Origin: Vicugna vicugna
Taxonomy: Eukaryota
Direction: 5' to 3'
Assembly: GCA_013265495.1 (NCBI GenBank)
Contig: MU058065.1
Location: 3,139,003 to 3,203,002, forward strand
Length of the DNA: 64,000 bases
A program made the position numbers and the translations under genes. The number at the start of each line of letters is the position of its first letter. Position 1 is the stretch's first letter. Shown one piece after another: positions 13,179 through 27,259 of this stretch. Under the pieces are notes generated by a model. That model made no database searches. It was not told the DNA's origin and saw nothing but the letters and a program-made list of their open reading frames with translations.

Positions 13179-14837
13179 AAACGGCAGTTTATCATTACAA
13201 GCTTTTGTCAAGGAATGCCTGAAATTTGCCCACTATACAACTCAGAGAAGAAAACACAACATTTAGTGCATATCAAAGGGCAGCTAAAAAAATGGCTTTT
13301 CCTTTGTCAGATTGCTAAGTAAGTATCCTTTGAATTTATCCTCAGAGCAAAGTTCTGTTTGTACTGTAAATACTGATTCTAGGAACAATGTGCACAGCAG
13401 GATGTAGGACCAAAGAATACTGTGCACAATGGGACTTTGGTGGAAAAACAGAGGATGCGTCCAGGTAAAGTTTGAATGTCATAGCAAATCCACAGGTAAC
13501 AGAGTATTTCCTTTATCCTCTAGACAAAGTGACATTTGGGGAAAGGATGGCGGTGTTTGGGATGAGCAATGCTGCTTTTTAATCCTTAAAGAAAGTACCT
13601 TGAACTTGGACTGATTCCAGGTTGCTTGTAGCTATCACCGACTGGCTAGTGGATGGAGGGCCTCATAAAATATCCCACAGACACACGGAGCCCCTCCTGT
13701 CACCCAGGAGACAAGGTTCTTAAATCCTAAATGTCGGAAGGGAGGCTACCTATTTAAGTATGTGTGAACACAGCCCTAAATAAGAGGGAAAATAGAAAAA
13801 GGAGAAGAAGATAACAGGAAATATGAAAGCAAGAAGAAAACAAAGAAAGGAGAAAGAATGAGGAGCACTTAGAATGGGAAAGAGTTTATTATGGGGAAGT
13901 GGAGGAGGCCTATGAAGGAAAACCTCAGCTGCTGAAGTTGAATTAGCTCAAAGAAAGGATGTAGCCCAGAGATGGAGTGCTCAGAAAACGTTATAGTCAG
14001 TGTTTGGTACTTCATGCTGGATGATCAAGCTGAAGTCCAAGCCCTGATATTGGCGCAGATAAACGTGTAATCTGTACCAGATCAGGAGTAGCCCACACCT
14101 GATCTAGATAGAAAGTGGAGGTCAAATTTATGGAAGGAAGCAAGGGATATATGTTCTAAAAAAGACAGAGACCTGGATATATCTTTTGCAAAAGACAGGT
14201 TAAGCCCAGTACCAAGACTCAGAATCATAAACCCTGTGACACTGCCAGGTATGAGCCAAAGAGTGGACAGTGAGAAGACCCATGCCCCAAGGTCTGGGGG
14301 AGCTCAGAGAGGAGCCAGCAGGCAACTCATCCTTGATGTTGAGCCAACTTCTTCCAAGGTAGGCACTGTCATTAAGCTGTAGGTGTGATGGAACACACCC
14401 AAAGGCTCACGGAGGCAGAGAAGTACAGAGACCCCCAGCAGATAGAGACACAAAGTGATGCTGAGTTGGATAGACATGGTTTCCAGTCCCTGCTCTGGCA
14501 GTATCCACCTGTGTGAGCTTGTCCAGTTCACCTACCCTCCAAGTCTCCCCTTCCTCACCTGAGCAATGGAATTCTTTGGGGCTTATGTTCAGCCTGCGTG
14601 CACAAGAACAGTAACCACTCTGGTTGTCTATACGCAGTGTTCACTGACTGGTCAGCATCAAATCATACAGATTGTTAAGTATTTGGAATTATCGCCCTGG
14701 GTGTCATAATGCCTATTTTGAAAACTGCAATATGTACAGAGCATGCTGTACGTTGCCCAACACACAATAGGTACTTAAATGAATAATGAATAGGAGCTGT
14801 TATTATTTCATTAAAATAGTTATCACCATTGCTAACT

Positions 14838-15230
14838 GTTGTAGACTGAATTGTGTCCCCTCCTCAATTTCATATGTTGAAGCCCTAACCCCCCAAGGTG
14901 ACTCTATTTGGAGACAGAGCCTTCAAGAAAGCAATTAAGGTTAAATGAGGTCATAAGGATGCAGCCCTCATCTGATGAGACTGGTGCCCTGACAGGAAGG
15001 GGAAGAGACAGCGGCAAGTTCTCTCACACAGGGGAAAGGCCAAGTCCACAGGAGGGCACAGTGAGAAAGCAGCCATCTACCTGCAAGCCAGGAAGAGAGG
15101 TCTCACCAGGGACCAACCCTGCCGGCACCTCAGCTTGGACTTCCAGCCTCCAGAACTATTAGAAAATCGATGTCTGTCATTTATCCATTCAGTCTATCGC
15201 ATTTTGTTACAGCAAGCCACGCTGAATCAC
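14838..15230 (+). mobile_element. MaLR LTR (MLT1A/B-like)
   Basis: 'tgttgtagactgaattgtgtcccc...ttcatatgttgaagccctaacc...ttggacttccagcctccagaact'. Confidence 0.8.
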
Positions 15231-16761
15231 ACACAGACTGACTGACTCCCATTTGTAGACAAAGATGAACGCCCGGTAGATGCTGCAAGCAAAATAATCA
15301 ACTCATTTGTGCCCTGCAGTTTAGAACTGGAAATATTCTGAATGAGATTTGATTTTATTGTCTAACCTAAGGAAGGATGGAGTGTGACTTCTAACCTAGG
15401 GATAAAAAGCTGGACAATCCTTCTGTAGGGAATTCCACATGGATCCGAAAATCTAGGAGGGAGGACACGACCTCACATAATCCACATAATGACCATTCCT
15501 TTCTCCTTGGGAACAATAAGGGTGCACTTTTACTAGGCTGCAAATCTTGTTTTGTTTTTGCAGGGCTCCAAATAATGAGTCAGAATACACTTATATACAG
15601 AATATCTCCGGAAAGATGTACAAGAAACTGGTAATAGTAATTATTCAGAGGGGGAGTTGGAGACAGAGGTGGACTTTTGTTTTTTATTTTGTTTTATTTT
15701 TGTACAGTATCTCTGTACTTTTCTTTATGCTTTGAGGGAAGTATTTTAGCACTTTAAAAAATACTGTTTTACAGTATTTCTTTTTATATCCCTTGAATTT
15801 TGACCATGTCCAGAAATAACATTGTATTTAAAATGAAGAACAAGAAGAAGCTTTATTTTGGAATTAAAGAGAAAACAGGGCTTCCAAAAAGTGACACAGC
15901 AATTTTAACAAGGGTTCACATTTTTCACATTTGGGGATTCTGGTGGGAAATATTTTTTAGAAGAGCAATAGAGTTGAGAAGAAGAGAAACACAGCTTCCT
16001 GTCTGCTCCACGGGTGACCTGCTTTCCACCCCTGCTCAGACTCCACAGACCTTCACCTTGCCCTGCTCATCCTTCAAACATCCTCAGGCCATTTTCACTG
16101 ACTTGACAAATTCCATCCAACGAGTCAGCACCTCCTTTGCATTTGCATATCTCCAGGGGAGCCTTGTGCTGAATCCACATGTTCTCTGCTCTAAGACAGA
16201 CAACTGTATACTTGGAAAAGGAGGCTCTGTGATTAACCAGAAAAATCCTCAGGTCAAAGACAACGTCCAGCTTTCTGGCTATTTGATCTGCTGTGAGAGG
16301 TGGGCAGACTGGTCTGTGGGGAAGGGACAAGTGCTTAGAAACTCCTTTCAGAAGTTTAGACAGTGTTTGGCCTCGATCCTGACACTTGTCAGAAGCGCCT
16401 GTATTATTAAACTATTGCAAGTGGAAGTGGCACACATTAGTAAACGGTGTTACGCCGGCTGCAACTGTTAAAGACTTGGCAAAAATTTCCACAGGCAACA
16501 AATGGAAATGTGCACAGTTGGGAGCACACAGTGTCCAGGCACTGTGTTCCCAGTCAAAGGCAGCGGTTTTGTTCTGCACAATTCAGCTTGAATGAGGCGA
16601 CAGGCTAAGGCACCAACTGTCCTACTTACAATGAGGAGGGGGCAGGCCTGCGCCTGAAAAGAGAAAGGGCCTTACTGACCCAGGACCAGCCACGCTTGTC
16701 CCAGTTCCCTTCACATAATGTCCCTGTTTAGAAATATTCATGAGAAAATTCCTTGTCTCTA

Positions 16762-16980
16762 TTTTTTTTTCCAGTTTTATTGAGAAGTAATTGACATCGA
16801 TCCCTACATAAGGTTGAGGCGTACAGTATGATGGTTTGATTTACATACATTGTGACATGATGACTGCAGTAGGTTCAGCCAATATCCATCTTCTCCTATA
16901 AATACAATAAAAAGAAAGGAGAAAAGAAATGAAAATTTTCTCCTTGTGATGAGAACTCTTAGTTTTAACATTTGACGTAT
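16762..16980 (-). mobile_element. L1 3' end (L1MA-like)
   Basis: polyT followed by 'ccagttttattgagaagtaattgaca...tttctccttgtgatgagaactcttag'. Confidence 0.75.
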
Positions 16981-17379
16981 AAAAATAGAACTGTGGACCA
17001 CAGAGAACAAAACAACAACATAAACTCAAACGTCAGTTGTGGGGAAACATTTCTAGAGTTAATTTCAGATGCCTTTAAAGTGGGAAAACACACTTTCATT
17101 TTTACTGAATGGGAGATAGAAGGAAACCAGAATTCTGTAAGACTGACTTTGAAATTAAAATATGGTATAGCTTCATTAATTTGGAATAAATTGTGCTAAT
17201 CTAATTTTTTAGAAATCCAATTAGAAATGTTAAAGAAATAGTTTTGGAGGAGGAGGGTTGCTTTTGAATATATCCAAGTTTAGTAAGTAAAGGTTTTCTA
17301 AATAATTTGTTCAAGCTTAAGAAAATATAGCTTCTTCATTTTGCTACTGAGTGGTTTGATTTTCCTTAAGACCTCCATC

Positions 17380-17850
17380 TATTGGGTAGACATCTATTAG
17401 GTTGTCTTTTTAATTATTGAGTGGTAAGTGCTCTTTACATGTTCTAGATACAAGTTATTTATCAGATATATAACTTACAAAAATTTCTCCCATTCTGTGG
17501 ATTTTTATAATTTTGATGGTCTCTGATTCTGGACTTTTTAATCTTCTGACTGCTCTGCCTCTTTTCAACTCCAGTAAAAATTATGCTCAGATAATTTTGG
17601 ATATGGAAGAAAACCTTAGAAATAATTTAATTCAATTCCTTCACTCTTCAGTTTAGGAAATGGAAGATCAGAAAGATTAAGTCATGTGTTTCACAGCTAG
17701 TTGGAATTAATATGTTAACTAAGATCTACAGCAGAATGAGAATTCATATGTTAGTTACCAGTCAGGATTCTTTGGGTTACAAATATCAGGGGGAAAAAAA
17801 ATCATCCCAAACTAATTTAAGCAAAAATGGTTACTGGCAGAACATTAGCA
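17380..17850. mobile_element. Old L1, MIR and MLT1 fragments
   Basis: Antisense L1 ORF2 motif at 17400-17520, MIR-like 17600-17750, MLT1 start 'ttagttaccagtcaggattctttggg'. Confidence 0.5.
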
Positions 17851-18161
17851 ACCAACATTGAGCTGCTACTACCAGAATTTTCTTACTGTGTAACACCAAA
17901 TATTCATGTATTAGTGATGATAATGGTGGGGAGAAGAGAAGGTAAGTTACTGGGCAGATAATCCCAAAGTGGAGCAAAAGACAGAATTCAGTGGGCTGCA
18001 CGAGAGGAGAGCATGGCATTGGCAACAAGACAAATTAAAGGTGGCAGAGGTGGGATCTGGCACCATCCTTGGAAGGAGCTGAAAACACGAGTCCTATAGG
18101 GGGTCAGGGCAGAAGTGGGGCAAGGTGAGCTCAAACTTTATCAGTGGTCAGGGGTGAGGGC

Positions 18162-18510
18162 TATCTTAATCCATTCAGGCTGCCATAATAGACTACCATA
18201 GACTAGTTTATAAACCACCGAAATTTACTTCTTACAGTTCTGGAAGTTGGGGAATCCAAGATCAAGGTGCTGGCAGATTTCACTGTCTAGTGAGAACCCA
18301 CTTCCTGATTCACAGATGGCTGTCTTCTCACTTTGTCCTCACAGATGGAAGTGGGGAGGGAGGCCTCTGGGGTCTTTTTTATAAGGGCACTAATCTTATT
18401 CATGGGGGCCTTGCCCTTGTGTCCTTGTGTCCCAAAGGCCAACCTCCAAATACCATCACATTGGAAATTAGGTTTCAACATGTGAATTTTGATGAAGACA
18501 ATAACATTCA
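18162..18510 (-). mobile_element. MaLR LTR (MLT1A-like)
   Basis: 'tcttaatccattcaggctgccataa...ttacagttctgga...caaataccatcacattgg'. Confidence 0.8.
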
Positions 18511-19497
18511 AGTCCAGAGCAAGGACCAAAGCAACAGATGAAAGTCATACTGGGGTTGAGAGTCTGATACCTAATGAAGATTAGAGACCAGTGAGTCTTG
18601 TGGTCCAACAGAAGCTTGCAGTCAGTCCCCTGCTGATTTTGTTTATCAGAAATTACTTCAGATCTTCTCATCAGCCCCATCCATAAGGTGGCACTAAGTT
18701 TTAAAAGATTCGAGACCCTGGTAGTGTTGGTGGCATCACCCAATCAGGAACTCCCAGTCCTCCTTCCAGACCAAATTCAGATCAGCTAACAAGATCCTTG
18801 AGATCTCTTTGTTTGCTGATATGATTCTAATCATTTTGTAGGAGCATGCTAATTATTTCAAAGTCTGTGACAGTTCTCCAGAAACAATACATGTGATGAG
18901 ACCACTTCATCCCCTGCCTCATCAGCATCTTTCCCCTCTAGAACCAGCATCTCTCGGTGGTTTCTGGCAGCTGTGTATCTTGCTTGATATCTTTGACAGT
19001 CACTTAGTAAAACCAAGAGAAGTAAAGCAAGGTCTTCATCCTGTCCACGTGAGAAAGTAAAGAGGGAAGAACGCCACCTTGGCTCTTGAATGTTTCCAAA
19101 AAAGAGATGGTTTAGTGTTAAAAAAAAAAACACAGAGAAATTTGTATCAGATTGAAAGGAAGAATGTTGAAACTAACGATCAAAATTATGGAAATGTAGG
19201 TAGAGAATGTTCCAGGAAATAAATCACTATGGATGAGAAAGAAGGAAATAAGAGCAGTGAAAGAACAAAGTCTTCTCACTGAATACAGTATGAACATTTG
19301 TATGCACCAAAAGAGTGACAGGAAACCAGAACATGTCATTCCGAAATCAGGAGATGTTTGTTTAATTAATATTGGTCAATGCCCTGAATCACTTTACTTC
19401 CTGTTGGTTTAATCATAAAACATGAAACAGAATACAAAATGTTCTAAAGACTATGCTATTCAAATTAAGTATGTATCTAGGCAGTAAACCTCTTAAT

Positions 19498-19735
19498 TAG
19501 TGGCTTTCAAACAATTTTAACCCTGACCCAGATAAGAAAGATATTTAACATCAAAATTTGGTGTACACACACACATATTCTCTCACTAATAAAAGTTTCA
19601 CAATGCATCCTGGTATTTTCTTTCTAGTCTATTTGATTTTATTCTATTTCTCTCTTTTTTTTTTAACGCTGTGAGAGACCCACTATATTTATTTCATCAT
19701 TCACTATGGGCTGCAGCTTACATTTCGAAACATAT
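19498..19735. mobile_element. hAT-Charlie-type MITE remnant
   Basis: 'agtggctttcaaac' start and a degenerate complementary end, AT-rich interior. Confidence 0.4.
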
Positions 19736-20986
19736 TCATTAAATGGCCTGATAAGAAATGTCCTAATTTTTAAGGCAACACCTGCTGCTGCTGCTTCTGA
19801 GAAATCTCAGATCTGGGTTACCATGGAAGCTTTCTTCAGCTCAAGCCCACAGCCAGAGTTCCTGGAATGTGAGCTAGACTTCCCAGCTATGTTTCCAGTG
19901 GTTTTCTCCTGTCTCTTAGGGAGATATCTTTCCCATCCCTCCTCCAAACTGCCTGGGAAACCAGTGCTCTTCGCAAAACAGAACAGCGTCCTCAGGATAA
20001 CTGCTCCCTCTCCTCACCCATCTCTCCTGGGACAACAAGGATGGGGTCTGTCTCCACTTGTGGTCACAGCTGGCCTTAGCTCTGGCTCCACTCCACCAGA
20101 CTCTCTCTTCTAGTTTCACTGCTAAGCCTGGCAATCCTGCTCAGGTAACTCTTCCATCACGCAGAAGTGCTGCAAATCCGACTCCTGGGGCACTGCCCAC
20201 CATGTCTCTGAGATTATCACTGGTGTGCAGAAGACCGACCCCTCCATCTGAGGGTCGATTCCTGATCTCCAGCCAAACAGGATGTGCTGATCTAACTGCA
20301 CTGAAATGGAGATGCCAACCTTAGAGGAAGCTATTCAGCATGGGTGGGAGGGGGGTGGTCTCCATTCAAAGAGCTGAGGTTAGAGACTCATCTCCTTGGA
20401 AGTCTTCCCCATGACTCAAAGCAGGACATTGACCAGAGACTTCACCCTAACTTAGGGCCCCCTCTTTTTCCCCAAGACACTCTCCCCAGTAGTTTTTGTG
20501 TGGCATTCTCTCTCTTCCAGGAAGGGTGGGTATTGACCTAAATGTAAGGGATGTATTGAGTATCCTCGAGACCATCTTCACAGACCCTGGGCCAAAGAGC
20601 ATAAGCCCTGATAGGTCATGAGTAGTGAGCATTTAAAACAAATGTGGATCTGAGTATGAAATGGTGGCCATTGGTTACAAAATTATATTCAAATTGCTAT
20701 ATAAAAACTCATTTACAAGTAAAATCATCTTTCCTTACAATGACATTGTTGAGGGGTTCAGTGTGCTGTTGAACTTCCAGCACAAAGTAGGAAGTTTTGG
20801 TATTATGGACACGTAAAGGGAGTATTTTAGTGTTCTTAGTATACAACCCTCAGAAGGATAGTTATTGGTTAAATACAGGAAATTTTAAGAACATTAATTT
20901 AGTTTACAGACTAAAAAGACTTAGTTAGAGGGACTCTAAGATTAATCTAATCTGCTACCGTTGTTATTTGCATTCCACTTTCCTGC

Positions 20987-21415
20987 ATTAGTTAGGAATG
21001 CATTTGGCTACAAATAAAAGAAAAATATGACTGCCTTGGCTTAAACAAATAAGGATGTATTTTTCTCACACAGCTAAGTGTCTGGAGGTAAGCAGCTCAG
21101 TGATGTCAGACCTGATTCTCCCTGACTCTCCTGGCCTTTTCCTCATGGTTTCTGCAACTCTTGACCTCACATCTGCATTCAAGGCATAATAAAGGGGTAA
21201 GGTGGCCTCCAGTCACATCTCTCTTTTCTTACTAGGAAATCAAAAGCTTATTAGGAAATCAAAACCAAAATGCCCCAAAGGGAATTTCTCTAAGGCCTAA
21301 GTTTCTCTAAGGTTAGAACTAGGTCATTTATTTACTTACAAAAAAGTTGAGGTGTAGTTAAAAAGGGAAAAATTAGAGAATGGATATTAAATAGGCAATT
21401 GCAAGTGATGGCCAA
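20987..21415 (-). mobile_element. Old MaLR LTR (MLT1J/K-like)
   Basis: 'ttagttaggaatgcatttggctac...ggcttaaacaaataagg...tctcacacagctaagtgtctggagg'. Confidence 0.6.
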
Positions 21416-21439
21416 ATTTCCTCAACCAGAGACCATTTA

Positions 21440-22440
21440 TCCTTGTGTGAACATGTTTAGGGCACGAGGACAGCCTGTCCCACTTTTGGCAGTTCTAGAA
21501 TGCTCTTTTTATTTTGAACCAGAACCTGCCTCCCTGTGACTTATCCCTACAACCTCTGGTTCCACCTTGTGAGGCTATATAGATAGATTGGAACATTTTT
21601 TCTTGGTGACACAGCAATATTTACAGATATCTGTCATTTCTCCTCTAATTCTCTTCCTATCTACATGAAGCATCTCTAGCAGGGTGGGTCCTCATGTGAC
21701 ATAACTTAAGCATTTTCACCTCTCTTCCATTTTCTTTCCTCTGGGTTTGTTTCAGTGTGTTGATGTTCCTACTGGCTTTGCTGCCCCAGGTAACATCATT
21801 GATTAAAGGCTGAGCAAAACCAAAGAAGTCAGAAGATGGTCTCCATCATTGCACGTTACCACCAAGGCAGCGTGGCTTGCATTGTCATCTATGCACTTCC
21901 TGGTAATTCAACCAACTAGATACTATAAATCTCTTCCATCTTTAATTTTCCTTTACTTATGAACTTCGTCAAGGGATCCTAGAGCAGAATTCATATTTAC
22001 CAGTAGTATATTTTGTGGTGTTTGATTTGACTTGTATTTCTAGTTTATTGAGTTCTTTTCAGATTTCACTTATCCAGGGCATCAGTCATTCCTCCCAGAA
22101 TGACATTCTCTGCAAATAAGACAAATTTACATTATTTGTAACTTCATATAAATCCCTATTAAGTATTTTCAACAAGAAAGTCAGGGTAAACTCAACCTGC
22201 CCCCGGTGACTTCTCCCTAAGGTGTAGCTGAACAACATTTATTTAGGGTCCTTCAACACATGAATTCACGTCATGATCATTCAGCCCACATTTTACCTTG
22301 AGTCCTAAGGATGTAATGAGATCTTCTTTCAACTCTTTTGCAAAAATTCTGTCTCCTAATCAAATAACTTAGAAACCTGAAGTTAGTGGGAGGACTTTTC
22401 TCAATGAGTTCATTTTAGTTCGTAGGCAGCACTGATTCCC
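21440..22440 (-). mobile_element. L3/CR1 LINE remnant
   Basis: 'gaacctgcctccctgtgactt...' and 'ccagggcatcagtcattcctcccag' resemble antisense CR1/L3 ORF2. Confidence 0.55.
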
Positions 22441-23230
22441 CTTCTGCTTGTTAGTAAAATTTAATTTGTATTGTTTTAATATGAACCCTTTATAATATTA
22501 ATACATTGTAATTGATTTTTTCCTGTTGGTATGAAGATTGAAAGTTATTATTTATGAAAGTACCTAGCACAGGTTCTGACACCTAGTGGATTTGAATCTA
22601 AATCTTTCTAGATTAAATATAGATAGATACACTATTCTTTGAAAGTTTAGAGAAAAGATTTTGACCACCGATACCTTATTTTTCCAAAGCAGTTCTTCTC
22701 TTTCATGACCTTGGGCATTAATCCTGTGATTCCTTAGCAGAAGCTGATCCTTGTGATTCGTTCTTACAATAATGAAATTGTGGAGTTGAAGGGCAAACTT
22801 CATTTTAAAATGGCCCTTAGTTGGCATGACTGACTTTATTATTTATCAGCTATGTGACCTTGGGCAAAGTTAGCATATTTGAACGGATTTCCCTATCTTC
22901 AGAAAAGGTTACTGATAACTGCATCAATGACTTAGGTCACATATGTAAAGCACCCAGCTCAGAGTAGGTCCATGTGTCTATGTTACACATCAAAGTCACA
23001 TTTCAGGAAAAGACAATTTATTTCAAAACGACTTATAAAGGGAAATTATTTCTATAAGAATTAATGTAAAAAGTCTATCTAGGTTACCTCAAAGCCAGCA
23101 TTCAGTTCTTTTTATCCATTAACATTGCCTCCAACCACATTAAATAACAGTTTAAAATGAATTACATATACTATTAAATATAATAAAATGTTTTGTGTAA
23201 TCATTTTTTCCTTTAAAATGTTGGCTTTGG

Positions 23231-23735
23231 GTGCATTAGTTTCCCAGAGCTGCTGAGAACCAGGTACCAGAGTACCAAAGTAACCAAAGTAACCAAGTAC
23301 CAAAAAGTGGGAAGCTTAAAACAGAAATTTGTCGTCTCACAGTTCTGAAAGTTACGGGTCTGAAGTGACGATGTGGACAAAGCCATGCTCTCTTTGACAA
23401 CTCGAGGGGAGACTCTTTCCTTGCCTTTCCTAGATTCTGGTTTTTGCCAGTAATCCGTGGCACTCCTTGGCTTTAGAGGCATCACTCTAGTCACCTGGCT
23501 ATCTTCTCTCTGTGTGTCTTCACGTTGTCTTCCCTCTCTATGTGTCTGTCTTGGTACCCAAATTTCTCCTTTTTATAACAACAACGGTCATTTTGGACTA
23601 AAGCCCGACCATAATGACTGCAATATAAGTTAGTTACCTATGTCAAGATCCTTTTTCCAAATAAAGTCACATTCGGAGGTGCTGGGATTAGGATTTCAAC
23701 GTATCTTTCTTGGAGGGACCATTCAACCCATAACA
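23231..23735 (-). mobile_element. MaLR LTR (MLT1C-like)
   Basis: 'attagtttcccagagctgctg...ttttccaaataaagtcacattc...ccattcaacccataaca'. Confidence 0.8.
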
Positions 23736-26089
23736 GTAGACCTGAGCAAAGAATTATGGGGCCCTACTAGCTGTTTGAGCAAAGGTGATGGCCAAAGACG
23801 CTAACTTTGAGAGGTGGGCATTGGGCAGAAGGGGAGGAGGGAAAGGAAAGATTTTCCATATCCACTTCGGTTAACTTGATATTTGTAGACCTACATGGAG
23901 ATGCACAGAAAGAATGAAAAGTTTGCTTAAGACCTAAAGTCTTGCCATTTTTAGCCCTTTCATAGTAGAAAAGGCTTCAAGTGTCCACTGCTTGTCATTA
24001 TGAATCTTAGTGTTCAGAATAAGTAACAGGAAGGAAGACTTTACTCTCTCTTAGCCCAGGTCACAGCATAATTTAGCACCGACTTCAACGCATCCAGCAC
24101 CAATCAGCAAAGGAAATGGATAATAATATATATCAGTCTGACACCTCATGAGCACCGATACCAACACTCCATAAATATTAGTTATTGTTCTCCATTCCGT
24201 TGACTGTCAAATCCCCAAAGCTAATTTTATTCAACTTACTTTAGCAATGAAGAATACCACCTGGACAGAATACTTACAGTGTCTCAGAAGGAGGATTTCA
24301 AGGAAGACTATTCACAGGATTGGGGGTTGACGCTCAAGTGATATAAGGCTGATTTTTCTATACAGAGAACCAATTGATATTGGGCACAGTCTATGACATA
24401 ATGGTTTAGGTTTGATGGACACAGGAAGGTAAGGGTTTAGATGAGTAAGCTGTCATCCGATAGGTAAGCTCTTCACAGGTGGGTAATCCATTTCCTGATA
24501 AGAGAGCTGTTTCCCAGATACTTATTATTTTCCTAGATACATTAGTTTGCAAGAATCTTCTAAAGCAAGTAGCTAAATTATGCATTTGTTTTCTCTTATC
24601 TTCCTGGGAAAATTTCCAGAACATATTAAAACAAGTGTCATCAGTTCTCACCTCCCTCATATTCTTGGCAACAGCCAGAAATAATTTTACTTGAGGAATC
24701 TAAATTCAGTGATCATTAAGGAGTAAAATGATTGGTATAGTTTAGAGCATTTTCAGTAGATGAAAGGATCTGCCTTTTTCTGTGATAGAAAGACTGCAGA
24801 CATACTTATACGCCCTTTATAGACATATCCCATAAACCTGTGGTCATGGTAGGTGATAAGCACATCATGGTCACAGCTCTCTGGGTAGGCCAGAGAACCT
24901 TTGGCTGTTTTATGACCCTGATTTTACCCATAACCTCCATTTTCCATTATGAATGCTTTTGATCACCAGGGAATAAATGTGCGAGATCTTGAATGAACTA
25001 ATAACTGAATGAAGAAAACCCATCTCTGCAGCTATAAACAGAGCTCAAAATACATAACCTTCAAAGAAGCATTTCTTACAAAGCTCAGCACATTGGCCAG
25101 AAAGTCAATATACTCCTCATCTGCCGTCAAGGTCTACTGCACACCATGTAAATGAACTGAGTTAGGAAATATTAACATGATGGCGCTGAAAGAGATCTCC
25201 ATTATCAGTACTGGACATCAGAACTGAAGTATACGGGAAGCAGGGCTAACAGGCAGGTGTGAAGCTGCCAACTGGGGGGATTTTTCTCTAAATAAACGGA
25301 ACTATGCTGAAACAGCAACTTTCTCCCTGATAGCAGATCAGCATTTCTTCGGCTCTGACTGCCATATTTTCTGCAATAGCAATCACTGGTTTGATGGCAT
25401 CAGCATCATTTCTGGTCCTTGTTTTGAGACAAGTTATATTCCACTGGAAAATTTCTAGCATGGGAATGTATTTTGGTATAATGTTTTGTTGCCATCAATA
25501 CCAAGAATAAAGACCAAAGAAAACCAAAGTCTTCTTCTAGAGAATCTTAGCAGTATTGCTCGCAGCTTTAAGCAGCTCTCTTTCAAGAAAGCAGCCTAAT
25601 GTGAATTTTCATGACCCTAACCTTGATGATTGTTAGCCAAGAAGCATATTTGCAATTGCACAAGATATAGCCTCTATATAAAACTTGAACAGGTTAGTTT
25701 GAGAGCTGGTGGGAGGAGGATAATTGGTAGCAACTGCCCCAACAATAAATTTACACAAGTTCTCAGATCCAATCTTTACTTTGAGACGATTTCCTAACTC
25801 ACCAGATATCTCCAGTCCTCTCCCTGATCACCTGGATAGTACCACAACCTGTGTTTCTCAACTCACTTGGCTGATTTCACATACTTGGAGCAGATTTATT
25901 CTACTCTTGACTGATAAAATTTTGTTCTTCTCAGGGTCAGGATGTCACAGGAGGTAGATGAGGGTGGTGGGAATCAGACTGGGCTCCCCTGACTCTGCTC
26001 TCCTAAGCTGGATTTAAACTCTGATCTGATGCCAAGCTCCATGTTTCCTATACTGCTTATTCATTTAATAACATTTCAGAACTTTTCAT

Positions 26090-26219
26090 AGACCAGAGAC
26101 CTTAGAAAAAATAGATGGAATAATTAAAATAGATAACTTGAAGAGAGTTTAATAAAAAGACTACTTAAAAGGTTCGGGGATGGTGTAAGGAAACCACAAG
26201 GAATAACTAGTGAGGTACT
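26090..26219. mobile_element. Old ERVL/MaLR-type LTR fragment, truncated at 26219
   Basis: 'gagagtttaataaaaagactact...gtaaggaaaccacaagg' resembles ancient LTR16/MLT-type sequence. Confidence 0.45.
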
Positions 26220-26843
26220 TGATGCAGGAATACAGATGTGGGGCATGAGAAGGGCTGTGTCCCGGGTCTCGGTTGAGCCCCTGGGATGTGCCCCGTCAAG
26301 TGTGGGTCCTTGGCTTCATGCAGGAAAGAATTCAGGAGCTAGCCACAGTTGAGTGAAGGTAGGTTTATCCAGAGAGATACACTGAAAGGCAAGAGAAAGG
26401 CCACAAAGTGTGGGGATTGGGTGCTCAGGTTAAAAGTAGGTACACATTCCATACACAGAATGCGTGTCAGTCTCCGAAGAGGGAGGGAGAGAGGGGCGGC
26501 CGCGAGGCGCCATGTTGCTGGTTTTTATGGGCTTGGTGTCTTCACATGCTAATAAGTGGAAGGACCAGTCTAAGGGGAAGGGGCTGGCATTCCCAGGAAG
26601 TTGGCCATTTTCCATTTTTGACCTTTTGTGGCTAGCCTTGGGATTGCCATGGTGCCTGTGGGCGTGTTATTCACCATGTTAATACATTACAATGGGCATA
26701 TAATGAAGCTCAAGATCTACTAGAAGTTGAATCTCTCAGCATCCTGAGCCTCAAGGCCTACTGGGGGTTGAATCTTTCACCATTTTGATGTTGATTGCTG
26801 TAGCATTCCTTAAATGGCTATGCCCTACCCCCTTCCTGTCTCA
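26220..26843 (-). mobile_element. Young ERV solo LTR, family A, copy 1
   Basis: tgatgcagg...cctgtctca ends; homologous to 35883-36473, 37526-38162 and 41504-42101; no TSD (tact vs gttt). Confidence 0.85.
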
Positions 26844-27259
26844 GTTTTGGGAAAAACCTTTTATAAGCAAAACTGAAGTAAGGGCAGTAAGGTGTGTGAC
26901 TTCCTTCTGATTGATTGGTGCTCAGGTAACAGAGTGATGCTTCAGGAATCTTATGCTCTGCCTGAAGTTGCCATCTTCCCCGTGGATGGGGGTCATAGTT
27001 CCTGCAGAAGAACTCAAAGATATTGTTATGTATATTCCTTGAGGAGGAACCAGGACCCTGCCCCAAGGCTGCGCTATTGTTTCTTGACTGTTCTGCCCTT
27101 GTCTCTGAATATCCCTCCTTCTCTGGTTAGCAATTGTTTGAATCTGCCTTTTGGAACTCAGGGAAGATCAAGGAGGCTGAATGAAGCCTATTTCATACAA
27201 ACAAGAAACGGGGGGGGGGGCACGGAAAATGACTTGTACTAGGGTCCCGCTTTGCTTCA
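26844..27259 (-). mobile_element. ERV LTR family B, U3 half only
   Basis: The reverse complement matches the 5' half of 49744-50337 ('ccccgtttcttgtttg', 'ccctgagttccaaa'); it ends just after its TATA box. Confidence 0.75.

Noticed and set aside
15800..16471. 223-aa ORF
   Set aside because: No recognisable domain, atypical composition and no supporting splice or Kozak context.
23258..23305. Short accaaagta-type repeats resembling an array
   Set aside because: Slippage expansion inside an MLT1 LTR; there are no spacers and it is not CRISPR-like.
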